64,000 bases of DNA, taken from NCBI GenBank assembly GCA_963718895.1, contig CAVRAG010000008.1, forward strand, positions 128,001-192,000. Direction: 5' to 3'. Made by a program: the position numbers and the translations under genes. The stretch is from an uncultured Nitrososphaerota archaeon. GTDB taxonomy: Archaea > Thermoproteota > Nitrososphaeria > Nitrososphaerales > Gagatemarchaeaceae. The notes below the pieces were generated by a model. That model did not search any database. It saw only the letters and a list, made by a program, of their open reading frames with translations, and was not told the DNA's origin. Of the stretch, positions 10,706-22,602 are shown piece after piece. Each line of letters starts with the position of its first letter. The stretch's first letter is position 1.

Positions 10706-10912
10706 ATGGGCAAGATTGACAAGGGGATCTCGTGCTCGGTCACCGGCTGCACCAACCCGGGGCAGAGGTCGATAAGCAGAAGCCAGATCGCGGGGTCGGG
10801 CCTCACCGCCGGCGGCGAGGGGAGGAGGGTCTACCTCTGCCACGAGCACTACAAGGCCTGGAAGAAGTCCACAAAGAAGGACAGGGACCTAGAGAGAGCC
10901 CGGTGGGGCTAG
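10706..10912 (+). CDS. Small Cys/His putative zinc-binding hypothetical protein
   Basis: CSVTGC...YLCHEHY; host-like codon usage; directly upstream of thrS. Confidence 0.75.
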   Translation: MGKIDKGISCSVTGCTNPGQRSISRSQIAGSGLTAGGEGRRVYLCHEHYKAWKKSTKKDRDLERARWG

Positions 10913-10928
10913 GGCCGGCGGCGATTCC

Positions 10929-12641
10929 ATGCGCATACTCCAGCAGCACCTAGACTTCATCGAGTACGAGCCCAGGGAGAAGGAGATCTCCTCGGCCGAG
11001 GAGGCGGAGAAGAAGAGGTACCGCTACGACGAGATCGTCGTGCTCTTCACCTCGGTCGAGCAGGGGGACGACGACGGGGTGGCCAAGAAGGCCATCGAGG
11101 GGACCAAGGACTTCCTGGGGAAGCTCAAGGTCAACAGGATAATCATCTACCCCTACGCCCACCTCAGCCAGAACCTGGCGCGGCCCAAGGACGCGCTCGA
11201 GGTCCTGAAGGCGATGGAGAGGTACGCCAACGGGATGGGGATGGAGACGTACAGGGCGCCCTTCGGGTGGAACAAGGCCTTCCAGATCAAGGTAAAGGGC
11301 CACCCCCTGGCCGAGCAGTCGAGGGTCTACTCGGCAGAAGCGGCGGCTGAGGTCGTCCAGCAACCGGTCAAGGTCTCGACCGAGCGGAAGCCCGAGCTGA
11401 CCGAGGAGCAGATGCTCGCCCGCGTGAAGAAGTCAGACTTCGCCACCCTTCCGGAGACCGACCACAGGGTCATCGGGGAGAGGCTCGACCTCTTCAGCTT
11501 CCAGGAGATGTCGCCGGGGATGGTCTACTGGCACGACAAGGGCGTGACGCTGAGGAACCTGCTCATCGAGTTCATCAGGGGAGAGCTCAAGAAGAACAAC
11601 TACCTCGAGATAAGCACCCCCGCGCTCGCCAACACCATCCTCTGGAGGGTGAGCGGCCACTGGGACCACTACAAGGACAACATGTTCCTCACGTACCTGG
11701 GCGACGACGAGTTCGGGCTCAAGCCGATGAACTGTCCTTCGACCTTCCTCTTCTACAAGACCCGGAGGTGGTCCTTCAGGGACCTGCCGCTCAGGGTCGC
11801 CGACTTCGACCAGCTCTACCGGAACGAGCTCAGCGGGGTGGCCAGCGGGCTGTTCAGGGTGAAGGTCCTGACCCAGGACGACGCCCACATCTTCGTGATG
11901 GAGGACCAGGTGGAGAGCGAGATCAAGGGCCTCGTGGACCTGATGGCGAAGATGTACGGCGTGTTCAAGCTCGAGTTCAAGCTTCGGATCTCGACGATGC
12001 CCGACGACCACATCGGGACCAAGGAGCAGTGGGACGGAGCGACGGACATCCTCAAGCGGGTCGTGCTCGCCAAGGGGCTGGCCTACGAGGTCAAGGAGAA
12101 GGAGGGCGCATTCTACGGCCCGAAGATCGACGTCGACATCAAGGACTCGCTCGGGAGGGAGTGGCAGTGCTGCACAATCCAGCTGGACTTCCAGATGCCG
12201 AAGCGGTTCAGGCTCACCTACGTGGGCTCCGACGGCAAGGACCACATCCCGATCGTAATCCACAGGACGATATACGGGACGCTCGAGAGGTTCATCGGCA
12301 TCATCACCGAGCACTACCAGGGGAAGTTCCCCGTCTGGGTATCGCCGGTCCAGGTGAGGGTCCTCCCGGTCTCGGACGACAACAAGGGATACGCTGGGGA
12401 GGTGGCGGCCGTCCTGAGGGAGGCTGGGATCAGGGTCGAGACCGACTTCGACAGTGGGACCGTGGGCGGGAAGATAAGGAACGCCCAGCTGCAGAAGATC
12501 CCCTACATGCTGATCATCGGCGGCAAGGAGCAGGAGGCCCGGACCATATCCGTCAGGGCGAGGGACGGCGAGGTGAGGTACGGGGTGAAGGCGGACGAAT
12601 TCATCGCAGAACTAAGGCAGAAGATAGCTTCCTTCGCCTAG
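10929..12641 (+). CDS. thrS: Threonyl-tRNA synthetase with archaeal N-terminal editing domain
   Basis: IYPYAHLS and APFGWNKAF editing domain; LKPMNCP, GAFYGPKID, IHRTIYGTLERF. Confidence 0.97.
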   Translation: MRILQQHLDFIEYEPREKEISSAEEAEKKRYRYDEIVVLFTSVEQGDDDGVAKKAIEGTKDFLGKLKVNRIIIYPYAHLSQNLARPKDALEVLKAMERYANGMGMETYRAPFGWNKAFQIKVKGHPLAEQSRVYSAEAAAEVVQQPVKVSTERKPELTEEQMLARVKKSDFATLPETDHRVIGERLDLFSFQEMSPGMVYWHDKGVTLRNLLIEFIRGELKKNNYLEISTPALANTILWRVSGHWDHYKDNMFLTYLGDDEFGLKPMNCPSTFLFYKTRRWSFRDLPLRVADFDQLYRNELSGVASGLFRVKVLTQDDAHIFVMEDQVESEIKGLVDLMAKMYGVFKLEFKLRISTMPDDHIGTKEQWDGATDILKRVVLAKGLAYEVKEKEGAFYGPKIDVDIKDSLGREWQCCTIQLDFQMPKRFRLTYVGSDGKDHIPIVIHRTIYGTLERFIGIITEHYQGKFPVWVSPVQVRVLPVSDDNKGYAGEVAAVLREAGIRVETDFDSGTVGGKIRNAQLQKIPYMLIIGGKEQEARTISVRARDGEVRYGVKADEFIAELRQKIASFA

Positions 12642-13069
12642 GCAGGGGCCTTCTTCCCCGGCTTCCTCTGTTCGGCGAAGTACTCCTTGAGCGGCTCCCA
12701 GTAGGACTCCGGCCAGCCCGAGGTGTACTCGGAGACCTGTTCAGCGGGGACCTGCGAGTGCACCATCCTGAGCTCTGTCCCTCCCTTCTTGGGCGTCAGC
12801 GTCAGCTCGAGCCGCGAGCGGGGATAGCCCTCGGGCCACTCGGTCGTCTCCCACTCCTGGACGATCTTCTTCCCATTGACCAGCTCGACGTTCTTGCCCG
12901 AGATGTACCTGTCCCAGGCCTTGAACTCTGCGCCAACCCTCCCGTTGGTCGTGGCGGGGGACCCCGTGAACGCGCTGTGCTTCTTGGCGTCGAGGAGCGC
13001 GTCGTAGACGTCCTCGGGGCTGGCCTCGATGAAGACCGTCTGCTCTATCTTGCCGAACTTGAGCTTCAA
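12638..13069 (-). CDS. SRPBCC/AHA1-like domain protein
   Basis: ASPEDVYDAL...KKIVQEW...GWPESYWEPLK. Confidence 0.85.
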   Translation of the reverse strand: MKLKFGKIEQTVFIEASPEDVYDALLDAKKHSAFTGSPATTNGRVGAEFKAWDRYISGKNVELVNGKKIVQEWETTEWPEGYPRSRLELTLTPKKGGTELRMVHSQVPAEQVSEYTSGWPESYWEPLKEYFAEQRKPGKKAPA

Positions 13070-13117
13070 ATCGACGACGGAGCCGCGTCGTGGCTAAAGT
13101 GCTTTTCGGGGGCTCGG

Positions 13118-14015
13118 TCACACCAGGAGCGGCTCGACCTGGTCGATCCAGTGCCGCGCCATCTCCTCCCTCGTCGCGATCCAGACGTCGTCGAACCCCC
13201 TGACGTACTCGAGGAACCTCCTCAGGGCCACGATGCGGCCGGCCCGCCCCGTGACGCGGGCGTGCAGCCCCACCGACATCATCTTGGGCTTTGACTTGGA
13301 CTCCTCGCGGAGCACGTCGAAGGAGTCCTTCAGGTAGACGAAGAAGTCGGAGGAGTTGCTGAAGCGGTGCATCGGGGATTGAAAGTGGAAGTCGTTAACG
13401 TCGGGGGTGTAGGGGAGGATCGAGCATGCCGCCGGGCGCGCTCCTGTACGGGAGGTCGTCGTTGTAGGCGTCAGAGTCGTAGATGAAGTTCCCCATCTCC
13501 TTGACTATCCTGAGGGTGTTCTCGCTGGGCTCCCTCGCGTAGAAGCCCACGGGCTTCTTCCCCGTGAGCTCCTCGATGATCGCGACGGACCGTGCGATCG
13601 CGTCCTTCTCCTGCTCGTAGGTGTAGCGGTAGTGCTCGGTCCACGCCAGGCCGTGGTCGGCGATCTCGTGGCCCGCCTTGGAGATCGCGTCGGTCGCCGG
13701 CCTGTTCGCCCTGAGGGCGAGTGCGGTCGCGAAGAAGGTCGCCTTGGCGTCGTACTTCTTGAGCGTCTCGAGAATCCTCCAGACCCCGACCCGCGAGCCG
13801 TACTCGTAGGCCGACTCGTTCCCGACGTCGCGAAGCTTCATGTCGACCGGGAGGAACTCCCCGATTCCCTCGACCATCCCGTCCGTGGGCACCGAGTGCT
13901 CGGCCCCCTCCTCGAAGTTCACCACTATCGAGAGGGCGAGGCGCCTTCCGCCCGGCCACGAGAAGTGGAACTTCTTGTTCCCGTAGCCGACGAGGTCCCG
14001 GGCTGGCTCGGACAT
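13118..14015 (-). CDS. Polysaccharide deacetylase family protein (PuuE allantoinase-like); extra base at 13421
   Basis: RDLVGYG..WPGGRRLALSIVVNFEEG, YEYGSRVGVWR, YDSDAYNDDLPY, MMSVGLHARVTGR. Confidence 0.85.
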
Positions 14016-14054
14016 GGACGCGGCGGACGGGGAGAGCGTGATAAAGGTTCGCTA

Positions 14055-17000
14055 TCAGGACCAGAAGGCGTCGAGCGTGGTCGACCCGAGGATCTCGTCG
14101 AAGCTGAATCCCAGCGAGTCGAGCATCTGGTCGAACATCGAGCTGGCGTACTCGAGGTACTTGTCTACGTCGACCTCGTCGACCCTCGCCAGGGAGACCG
14201 GCTTCACGTTGGGAGGGGTCTTGGTCTTCACGAAGGAGATGATGTCGCCCGCCTTGATCTCCCTTCCCCTGTCGTGGAGAAGTTGCGCCGCTCGCACGTG
14301 CTGCGGGGTCGTCCCGGAGTAGCCCGAGATAGCCTTCCCTATCATGACGTTGAACGAGAGCTCGTCGAGGGAGATCTCCTTGTTCCTCAGGCTCGAGACC
14401 ATCTTCGTCAGCAGGGCCTTGGTCTCCCTCCTGGCCCGCTCGAAGTCCTCGGGCGCGTAGACGGTGCCCAGTATCGCGAGGCACTCGTAGAAGGCCTTCT
14501 TGAGGAACTCGGGGGTCTGGCTGTTGTGCAGCAAGGAGGGAAGGTTTCCGGCGACGAACCTCTCGGATCCAGGGACGGAAAAGTCGTACATCATGCAGGA
14601 GCCGGGGACACGTTCCACTGACGTGACCTCATCGTAGGACGCGTCTTGGTTGTTTATCATGTCTCGAATGCTCGAGAGCAACGCCGACTCGGTTGGATCG
14701 GCGTAGCGACCGAGGGCCGCGATGGTCTGGTTGTACTCTTTCAAGAGGCTCAGGTTGAAGCTCCGCGTGTCGTGCATCTTGATGTGCCGGAATCTGCTCA
14801 TCCCGAGTCTCCTTAGGATGCTCATCTTGACCTCAATCAGCCCTCCGGTCGACACGGGAATCAACTCCTTATTTCGAGGACCGTTCGCGGGTACCTTCTG
14901 GAATCTAGGCTGGAGAAATCCGACAGACTCTTGGAATCTTCGTCGGCTGGATGTGCCGATGATGCTCAGCTGGTAGTAGTAGATCTTGAAGTGAGAGTTG
15001 TAACAGGTTCTGAACCGACAATCGATATCAAAGTAGGTCAGAAGATAAGCTGTCTGCTCCATGAGAAGACGGCTCTCCGACGCTATGCTGATCTTCTTCC
15101 CCTCGCCGCTGAATCCGTCGCCAGAGAAAAGCCCTCGAAGGTAGGATCTGACAACGTTCAGGGGGGCGGAGAAGATGAAATCTGGAACGCGTTTGCTCGG
15201 GCTCTTCCCTCCGCACTCCGATCTGAACAACTCCGCATAGAGAATCGGCAGGTAGAATGAGCGGTCGCGAGCATCTCTCAGGGGGTTGATGCTCCACCCA
15301 AAGGTTCTCGCCCACGCGGACGTCAAGGCCTCGCAAACCTCTGGGTTCACCGCTTCACTCTGCGATATGGTGTTAGAGCGAGACCCCGAGCGCGACGCCG
15401 TCGAGCCCTCGGCGGTGAATAGTCCAAACAAGAGTCCCACGTCTTCCGTGACCGGAATGAACCTCTTGATTGGAGTCCCGGTCGTGGCGTGTGGTTTCGC
15501 TGAGTAGAGGAGCCCGTCCCGTTCTTTGGTGCAGTCTATCATCTGGCTCACGTCGAGGGTCAAGGGCCTTCCTGAGTCAGGGATGAACCTGGCTCCGACG
15601 AGTATGTCCCCTTCCCGGACTTCCCTCGTCGCCTTGCAGAAAAGTCTACCAAACTTGTCAGTGAAGAAGATGCTGTGGTCGCCAGAAAGTCTCAGGAACC
15701 TGCCCTTGCTAGTTCGCAGTGCGTAGACCTCTTGGACATTGTGAGCCACGGCATCATCTATGACGGTCCAACTCGAAACCAGTTTGTCACTTATGGTAGG
15801 TAATTCGACTCGACTGCCCCTCCCAAACGCACGATAGACCTCCTCCACATTCGTGAAGGTAGCTATTCCATCGACTCGAGCGAGAATGGGCGTATCTCCG
15901 CTTACGGACTTCTTGCCCGTCAAACCTTTGATATCGGCCGTTCCGTCCTGGAGGACCCCAAAGTAGTTCTTCTTCCTCTCGCTGAAAGCGACGTAGCGGT
16001 AGCTCTTGTCGACATCGAGCTCGACGCCGAGCTCGTGCTCTGCCCACCTAGTCAGCTCTTCAATCTTTGTCTTGTCGGGATTTTCGACAAAAAGACTGTC
16101 CGTGTCAGAATAAATCACGGAGATCCCGTCCTGCCTGCACTTCTCTATGGTCTTGGTTATCGCATACCTCCCGTAGGCCGCGGTCGCCTCGGCGACGGGG
16201 AGGCAGTAAAGGGCGAACGTCTCAAATCCCATCACGCCGTAGGACTGACCGACGGGGACGAACCTGCCATTCCTGCCCGCCAAGACCGTGTGGTTGCGCT
16301 CTGTCGTGACACAATAGACGGTCCCCTCGTAGGGGACCCTCTTCACGTACTTGTGCCTAGAGTCCCCTGCATAGGTTAGTTTCGAGCTCACGTTCTTGAA
16401 GACGACCCTGTAGATTCTCTCCTTCTGGTCGTATACGAGCTTCGTCTTGGCCCCAAGGAGGCTCTGCAGGACAACCATCTCCTTCGCCAGCTCTAGGCTC
16501 TTCGTAGAGTACTTCTTGTCCCTCGAGGAACCATCTCCCTTGTAGCAAGACGCGAAGAAGGACTCCATGAGTCTCCTGGAGCCGAAGACGAACTTGGGGA
16601 TGCGCTTGGAATCGGAATGGTGCTCTTGAGCGTCGCTCGAGTAACAGTTCTTGAGCATCCACCTGTGCAGTATGTTGTTTGACACTCTGTAGTACTTCTC
16701 ATCGCTGGAATCAGAACGGGGTCTCAGCCCAAGCTGGGTGATGACTCGCTTTATCTCGGCTCTGTAGGGACCCCCCATCGAGTTGCCTTTGCCGAAGCTC
16801 TGGGTGATCACGATGCCAGAACTCTTCCCCCGGTGTCCGCCTCCCGAGTAGTATCTTGGCTCGGTCGTGATCAGGCTCCCTTCCGAGACGAACCAGCCAC
16901 AGAGCGAGGCGAAGGCCTCTGCGTCGTAACGCGCCGGGACCTTCGAGTATCTCGGCGTTCCCAACGATATGAATCCTCTCGACTGCTCGATCGAGTCCAT

Positions 17001-19302
17001 GTCGTCTTCGGAGACTCGCGATGCAGGCAGGCGGTAGTGAGAGCGAATGGAGGGGTCTATCTTGCTTCTGTTCTTGTTGACGCTTCCGAACTCTGTTATC
17101 TTCTCTCTCAGATCAGGCGGTAGTCTCCTGAACCAATTTGAGAGGCGCTCCCCCCTCGGCGGGTAGATGTTGGCAAGCGCGTTGAGTTCTCTCGATGTCT
17201 CCAGCAGTGAGATCCTCTCCGGCCGTGCCGATTCCTTGATACCGTCAGCGAGTTTGGGAACAGCGACGTTCGTCCGCTTGAAGACCTCCTCGGCCGTCAG
17301 GAAGGTGGCACGCAGGTTCGGTCTAGCCTTCTTGTCCTGCACTAGCATCCGGTGGTTCGGTGTGACGGCTAGGTCTACGAACCTCCTGTCATTGAAATGG
17401 TAGAGCTCTCCATGGTAGGGAAACTGTTGTACCTCGACTACGGTGTCTATCTCCGTGCCCAGCGTGTCAGGGTTTACGTTGACTACCTTGTCCCCGACCT
17501 TGACATCCCTGACGTTACGGATCCCGCTAGGCGTGACTAGGTACGTGTCGGGCGTGAAGCAAGCGTTCAGGATCACTTTCAGGCCCTGGGAGACGACGCC
17601 GTAGAGCTCTCTCTCGTCCTGGGTCAGTGACCTGTCCTTCGCCAGGTGCTTGTAGTGACCAACCCTCAGATCGCGCAGAGACCCCGTCACGAGGCTCTCG
17701 ATGCCGGACCTCTTCGTGCAGACCCAGTTGTCGGTGTCGGGGACCCTGTTCGTCCTGCACTCCTCGTGGGGGCAGTTCACGGTCTCGTATGAGAGGTTGT
17801 GGACCTTGATGATGCTGGGGTACAGGCTCGCGAAGTCCAGGACAGAGACCCCGAAGTGAACACCTGGCGTCGGCTCGATCACGAGCCCGCCCTTGTACTT
17901 CTTGCCCTTGATTATCGCCTCGGACGAGGCGCCGCCCTTCTGCGCGAGCTCGTCCTGGCGCGGGATGATCGCACCCATCCGCCTGTGCTCGTAGAACAGC
18001 ATCGACCTGATCCAGTTGGAGACCCCAAGCCTGGCGACGTCGTTCATCGGCATCTTCGCGATGCGCGCTATGACCAGGAGAATCTTCATCATGAGCGAGG
18101 AGTTCTGGCTCGTGAGCTCGTAGGTTAGCTGGGAGTCGTTGAGACAGTAGTTGGCAAGCTCGAGCAGGGGGAGGTCGCCGACGTTCCCCTCGAACTCTAT
18201 CTTCGATTTGTTCAGGACGGCCTCCGATATGCCGTTCAGCGTGTGCTCGCTGTACCTGTTGCTGTAGACGTAGACCTGTATCGAGCGGTTGTTGAAGAAG
18301 CGGTAGAGGTCGATGTGGACCCCGTGCCTGAGCGAGGCCTCCTGGCGCATGAGGTATATCGGGATCTCCCCTTCCTTGAGGCCGAGCCTCTCGGCCCTGT
18401 GGACGAGGTACCTGAGGTCGAAGTCGTCGCCGTTGAAGGTTATCAGGAACGGATAGTCCATTATCTTGGAGAACGCGGCCCTGATCATTGTCGCTTCGTC
18501 CGGGAAGACGACGGGGGTGTAGGAGGTCTTGGCCCCCTGGAGGGAGGTGTCACCTTCGCGGGCGATCAGATAGACGAGCGACTCGGCGTCGTTGTGGAGC
18601 GATATCGCTATCACCTCGCGGTCTGCCTTCTCCGGGTCGGGTATCCTGGACTCCTCGTTCGCGACCTCTATGTCCAGGGCTATCCTCTTGAAGGCGCACA
18701 GAGGCTGACTTAGGAGCTCGGCCCACTCCCGGATGAACCTCGTCTGCTCCCCGGTGTTCTTGGCCAGTATCTGCTCGAGTGAGCGAGCGACCAGCTCCGG
18801 AATCTCCTTCTCGAGGGGGGAGATCAGGCCGCCGCGGATGGCGTAGTACGTCCCGACTCTGAGGTTCCTGTCGTAGACGTAGTTCTCGTAGTACTTGATG
18901 TCAGCTTCCCACGCCCGGATGTCGTCCCGTATGCTCTTGCCGGGGGCTCCGCCTCCGATGGCGAGAGGGTCCGTCGCGGTCGATCTTCCTGACGGTGAGC
19001 GTGGAGTCCGTGAGCAGGTCCAGCCGCTGGACGTCCTCTATGGCGACCACGTCGCCTCTAGACCTGAGCTGGCTGACCTCTTCCATCGGCAGCTTCGAAT
19101 AGCAATAGGGTCGATGTCCCGTGTTGTCCTCCCACCTCCAGACCCTGTCGAGCCTGGGGTCGTAGAACTTCAGGACCGCGAGCTTCTTGTCCCCGTCGTA
19201 GGTCGCCGAGACCAGGAGCCCTTCCTCGAGGTCCGTGACCGGTACGAGGAGCTTCGAGAGCTTCTCCTCGAGGTCGCGCGGTTCTTTAAGTGGGGTTAGC
19301 AA
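14055..19302 (-). CDS. polB: Family B DNA polymerase (PolB1 type) with two inteins; extra base at 18981
   Basis: Exonuclease TFNGDDFD; motif A DFASLYPS; motif B KVILNA|SYG; motif C YSDTDS; KKNYFG. Confidence 0.95.
14523..15908 (-). mobile_element. Intein 2 in PolB (462 aa, Ser...His-Asn, +1 Ser) with LAGLIDADG endonuclease
   Basis: KGLTGKK|SVSGDTPIL...MYDFSVPGSERFVAGNLPSLLHN|SQTPEF; motifs LFGLFTAEGS and YLRGLFSGDGF; AT-richer than exteins. Confidence 0.93.
16245..17561 (-). mobile_element. Intein 1 in PolB (439 aa, Cys...Gly-Gln, +1 Ser) with LAGLIDADG endonuclease
   Basis: KVILNA|CFTPDT...VTPNHR...VYCVTTERNHTVLAGRNGRFVPVGQ|SYGVMG; motifs LCGWFVSEGS and FASCYKGDGS. Confidence 0.93.
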
Positions 19303-19458
19303 TCTGGCATCTCACCGGGAGCGGAGTTCCCCGCGACCCGCTGTGGGGATTTATAGTTGGTGGAGGCCGCCGCTGAAAGGAACATCCGCGAGTGGGGCGG
19401 GGAGCTGCGAGGTCCGGACCTACCACATTTATATTCAGACTGAGTTTCGGCTGGCGAC

Positions 19459-19818
19459 GTGAAGCCCGAACAGTCCATCCTGGCGAGGATCCCGATGATC
19501 CTCTTCTTCGTCACCGGGGTCTTCTGGGCGGGCATCATCGCGACCGGAGGGGGAGCGCTCCTGGGCTGGGCCGTGCTGAGCTGCTTCGCCAGCGGGATCT
19601 TCCTGGTCATGTGGGCATCGAACTGGATAACGAGGCCGCTCGCGTCTGCGAGCTCGGTCTTCGGAGTCGCCCTGACGCTCTACCAGCTCTTCGTGGCGCT
19701 GACGGCGCTCGGGAACGGCGCGTCGACCTTTGCAGTAATCTCGGCACCTCTGTTCGCGGTCTTCACGGCAATCTACGCCTATTTGTTCTACTCGTGCACC
19801 TGGCGTACCAAGGCCTAG
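19459..19818 (+). CDS. Hypothetical membrane protein (about 4 TM)
   Basis: Hydrophobic segments, host-like codon usage, upstream TATA-like TTTATA. Confidence 0.7.
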   Translation: MKPEQSILARIPMILFFVTGVFWAGIIATGGGALLGWAVLSCFASGIFLVMWASNWITRPLASASSVFGVALTLYQLFVALTALGNGASTFAVISAPLFAVFTAIYAYLFYSCTWRTKA

Positions 19819-20024
19819 CCGGCTCGCACGCCCCTCGACCACGTGGATCCTCCGGAGGGAGAGGGTGCTATGAGCGCCTGTCGTGAAGACCCCGAGGAGG
19901 ACCCTCGTATCGAAGACGGGGCCGGGCCTAGCGCGAGGTACACTTTTGGTGCCAATTCATGCTCTGTTCTTACATTTGAGAATCGACAAAGGACGTAAAT
20001 AGTCACTCTTGGGTCCCCGGAGGT

Positions 20025-20327
20025 ATGGCACTAACAGATCCGCTTCAATGGGTCGTGATCGCCGTCGTCGCGATCGTGTTCCTCATGTACGGTCCGAAGA
20101 AGATCCCTGAGCTCGCAAAGTCGATAGGGCTCGCGCGGAAAGAGTTCAACGACGCCTCCGCGGCTGGGGCGGCCAAACCCGCGACGGCCCCGACCGCCGC
20201 TGCCGCACCGACCATCGCAGCCTCGGGCGATCCTTTGATCGACACCGCAAGGAAGCTGGGAGTCACAACCCAAGGGAAGACGCGCGAAGAGATATCGAAC
20301 GAGATCGTCAACTCGGTCCACAAGTAG
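20025..20327 (+). CDS. tatA: Twin-arginine translocase TatA/E subunit
   Basis: TM helix followed by YGPKKIPELAKSIGLARKEF. Confidence 0.9.
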   Translation: MALTDPLQWVVIAVVAIVFLMYGPKKIPELAKSIGLARKEFNDASAAGAAKPATAPTAAAAPTIAASGDPLIDTARKLGVTTQGKTREEISNEIVNSVHK

Positions 20328-20400
20328 ATCCCGGCGGACGCCCCCGCCTGGGAGATCTGCACACACCTTAAATGACGACCACGGGAGGCGGCGTCCACGA

Positions 20401-21461
20401 ATGGATCTGGAAGAGAAGATCACGCTCGTGAAACGGCCGCCGACCGAAGAGGTCGTGACGGAGCAAGAGCTGCGCACTCTTTTCGAGACCAAGGAGCACC
20501 CCAAACACTACATAGGACTCGAGGTCTCGGGGATCCTGAACCTCGGGTCCCTCGTGGTCAACGGCTTCAAGGTGAACGACTTCATAAAGGCAGGCATGGA
20601 CTGCACCGTCTTCCTGGCCGACTGGCACAGCTACATCAACAACAAGTGGGGAGGGGACTGGGAGAAGATCGGGCGCGTCGCAAAGGAGTACTACGCCGAC
20701 GCGTTCAGGTTCCTGTGCCCAGGGGTCGAGATCAAGTACGGGAGCGAGCTCTACAGCGGAAATGACGAGTACTGGAGGAACCTCCTGAGGGTCTCGAAGC
20801 AGATCAGCCTCGAGAGGGACGTGCGGTGCCTGACGATAATGGGAAGGACCACGAAGGAGAAGCTCGACGTCGCCCAGTACCTCTATCCCCCCATGCAGGC
20901 GACCGACATATGGGCCATGGACCTCGACGTCGTCCAGGCCGGGATGGACCAGCGGAAGGTCCACATGCTCGCAAGAGAGGTCTTCCCTTCGCTCGGGTGG
21001 AAGAAGCCGGTGGCCGTCCACCACCACATACTCGCGGGGCTGGGGGAGCCGAGGACCTCTGGCATCGACGAAGACGCGACCGCGGACAGGGTAATCTCGA
21101 GCAAGATGAGCAAGTCGAAACCGGACAGCGCCATATTCATCCATGACAGCCCGGAGGAGATCGCGAGAAAGGTCTCGAAGGCGTGGTGCCCCGAGAAGGT
21201 CGTCGACGGCAACCCGGTCCTCGAGTTTACCCGCTACATCGTCTTCCACGAGAGGACGTCGCTCCTGATCGAGAGGCCCGAGAAGTACGGGGGGAACGTC
21301 ACCTACACCCTCTGCTCCGACCTCGAGAGTGACTACGCGGCCGGCAAGCTTCACCCAAACGACCTCAAAAAGTCCGTCTCCGCGAGCTGGCGGAGATACT
21401 CGGACCCGTGAGAGAGCACTTCAGAGGAAGAGAGATAACAAAGGAAATCATGACCGCCTAG
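20401..21461 (+). CDS. tyrS: Tyrosyl-tRNA synthetase; frameshift near 21385 in the C-terminal tail
   Basis: YIGLEVSG, YLYPPMQATDI, GMDQRKVH, KMSKS. Confidence 0.95.
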
Positions 21462-21472
21462 GTCGAAGAAAC

Positions 21473-22583
21473 ATGGGATTCATACCGATAAACAAACCAG
21501 TCCTCGGCGAGGGGGAGAAGAGGGCGGTCAGAGAGGTCCTAGACAGCGGCATCCTCACCGACGCTAGCTTCGAGGGCGGGAAGTACGTCAGGGAGTTCGA
21601 GAGGAAGCTCGCGTCCCACGTCGGAGTGAAGCACGCGATCGCGGTCAACTCGGGTACGGCGTCCCTCCAGACCTCGCTGATGGCTTTCAACGTCAGGCCC
21701 GGGGACGAAGTGATAATCCCGGCCTTCACCTTCGAAGCGACCGCGAACGTCGTCCTGGCCTGCAACGCCAAGCCGGTCTTCGCCGACATCCAGTCGGACT
21801 ACACGATCGACCCCCAGGACGTCAGGAGGAAGATAACGAAGAACACCAAGGCCATCATCCCGGTGCATCTCTACGGATACTCGGTCGACCTCGACGAGAT
21901 CAAGGAGATGGCCCAGGCGCACTCAATCAGGGTGATAGAGGACGCGGCGGAGTCTTTGGGGGCCGAGTACAAGGGGAGGCAGATCGGGCAGACGGACGAC
22001 ACCGGTTGCTTCAGCCTCTATGCGACCAAGGTGATAACGTCGGGGGAGGGGGGAGCGATCACAACCAACGACGACGGGCTCGCCGAGAAGCTCCGGATGA
22101 TGCGGAACCATGGGATGAAGGAAGGTTACGACACGAGGATACTCGGGTACAACTTCAGGCTGCCGGAGGTAGCCGCCGCGATCGCCTCGCGTCCAGATGG
22201 ACAGGCTCCCCGAGTTCATCCGGGCGAGGAGGAGGAACGCCGCCGTCCTCACCGAGTCCATCGCCGGCCTGAGGGGGGTGGCCATGCGCCAGACCAAGAC
22301 CGACAGAAAGCACATCTGGTACCTGTACACGCTTCAGGTGGAGAGGGAGAGGGACAAGGTGAACGAGCGGCTCAGAGCGAAGGGCGTCGGCTCCTCGATC
22401 TACTGGAAGACCCCCGTGAACAGGATGAAGCTCTACGACGACCTTGGCTACGCTGATGACAAGCTGCCCGGCGTCTACGACGCGGTCGACCACGTGCTCT
22501 CGCTGCCGGTCCATCCCGAAGTGACAGAGGAGCAGATTGGGTACATCGCCGGCGAGCTCAGGGCAGCCCTCGCCAGGGACTAG
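21473..22583 (+). CDS. DegT/DnrJ/EryC1/StrS sugar aminotransferase; frameshift near 22190
   Basis: VNSGTASL, IIPVHLYG, IEDAAESLG, FSLYATKVITSGEGG, LSLPVHP. Confidence 0.92.
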
Positions 22584-22602
22584 CCGGGGCTCGGCGAAGG
22601 AC

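Noticed and set aside
11768-13294. Long alternative-frame and antisense ORFs (e.g. 11768-13294, 41031-42734, 59664-60857)
   Set aside because: Shadow ORFs of GC-rich coding sequence overlapping well-supported genes, with low-complexity Arg/Gly/Pro-rich or antisense-typical translations.
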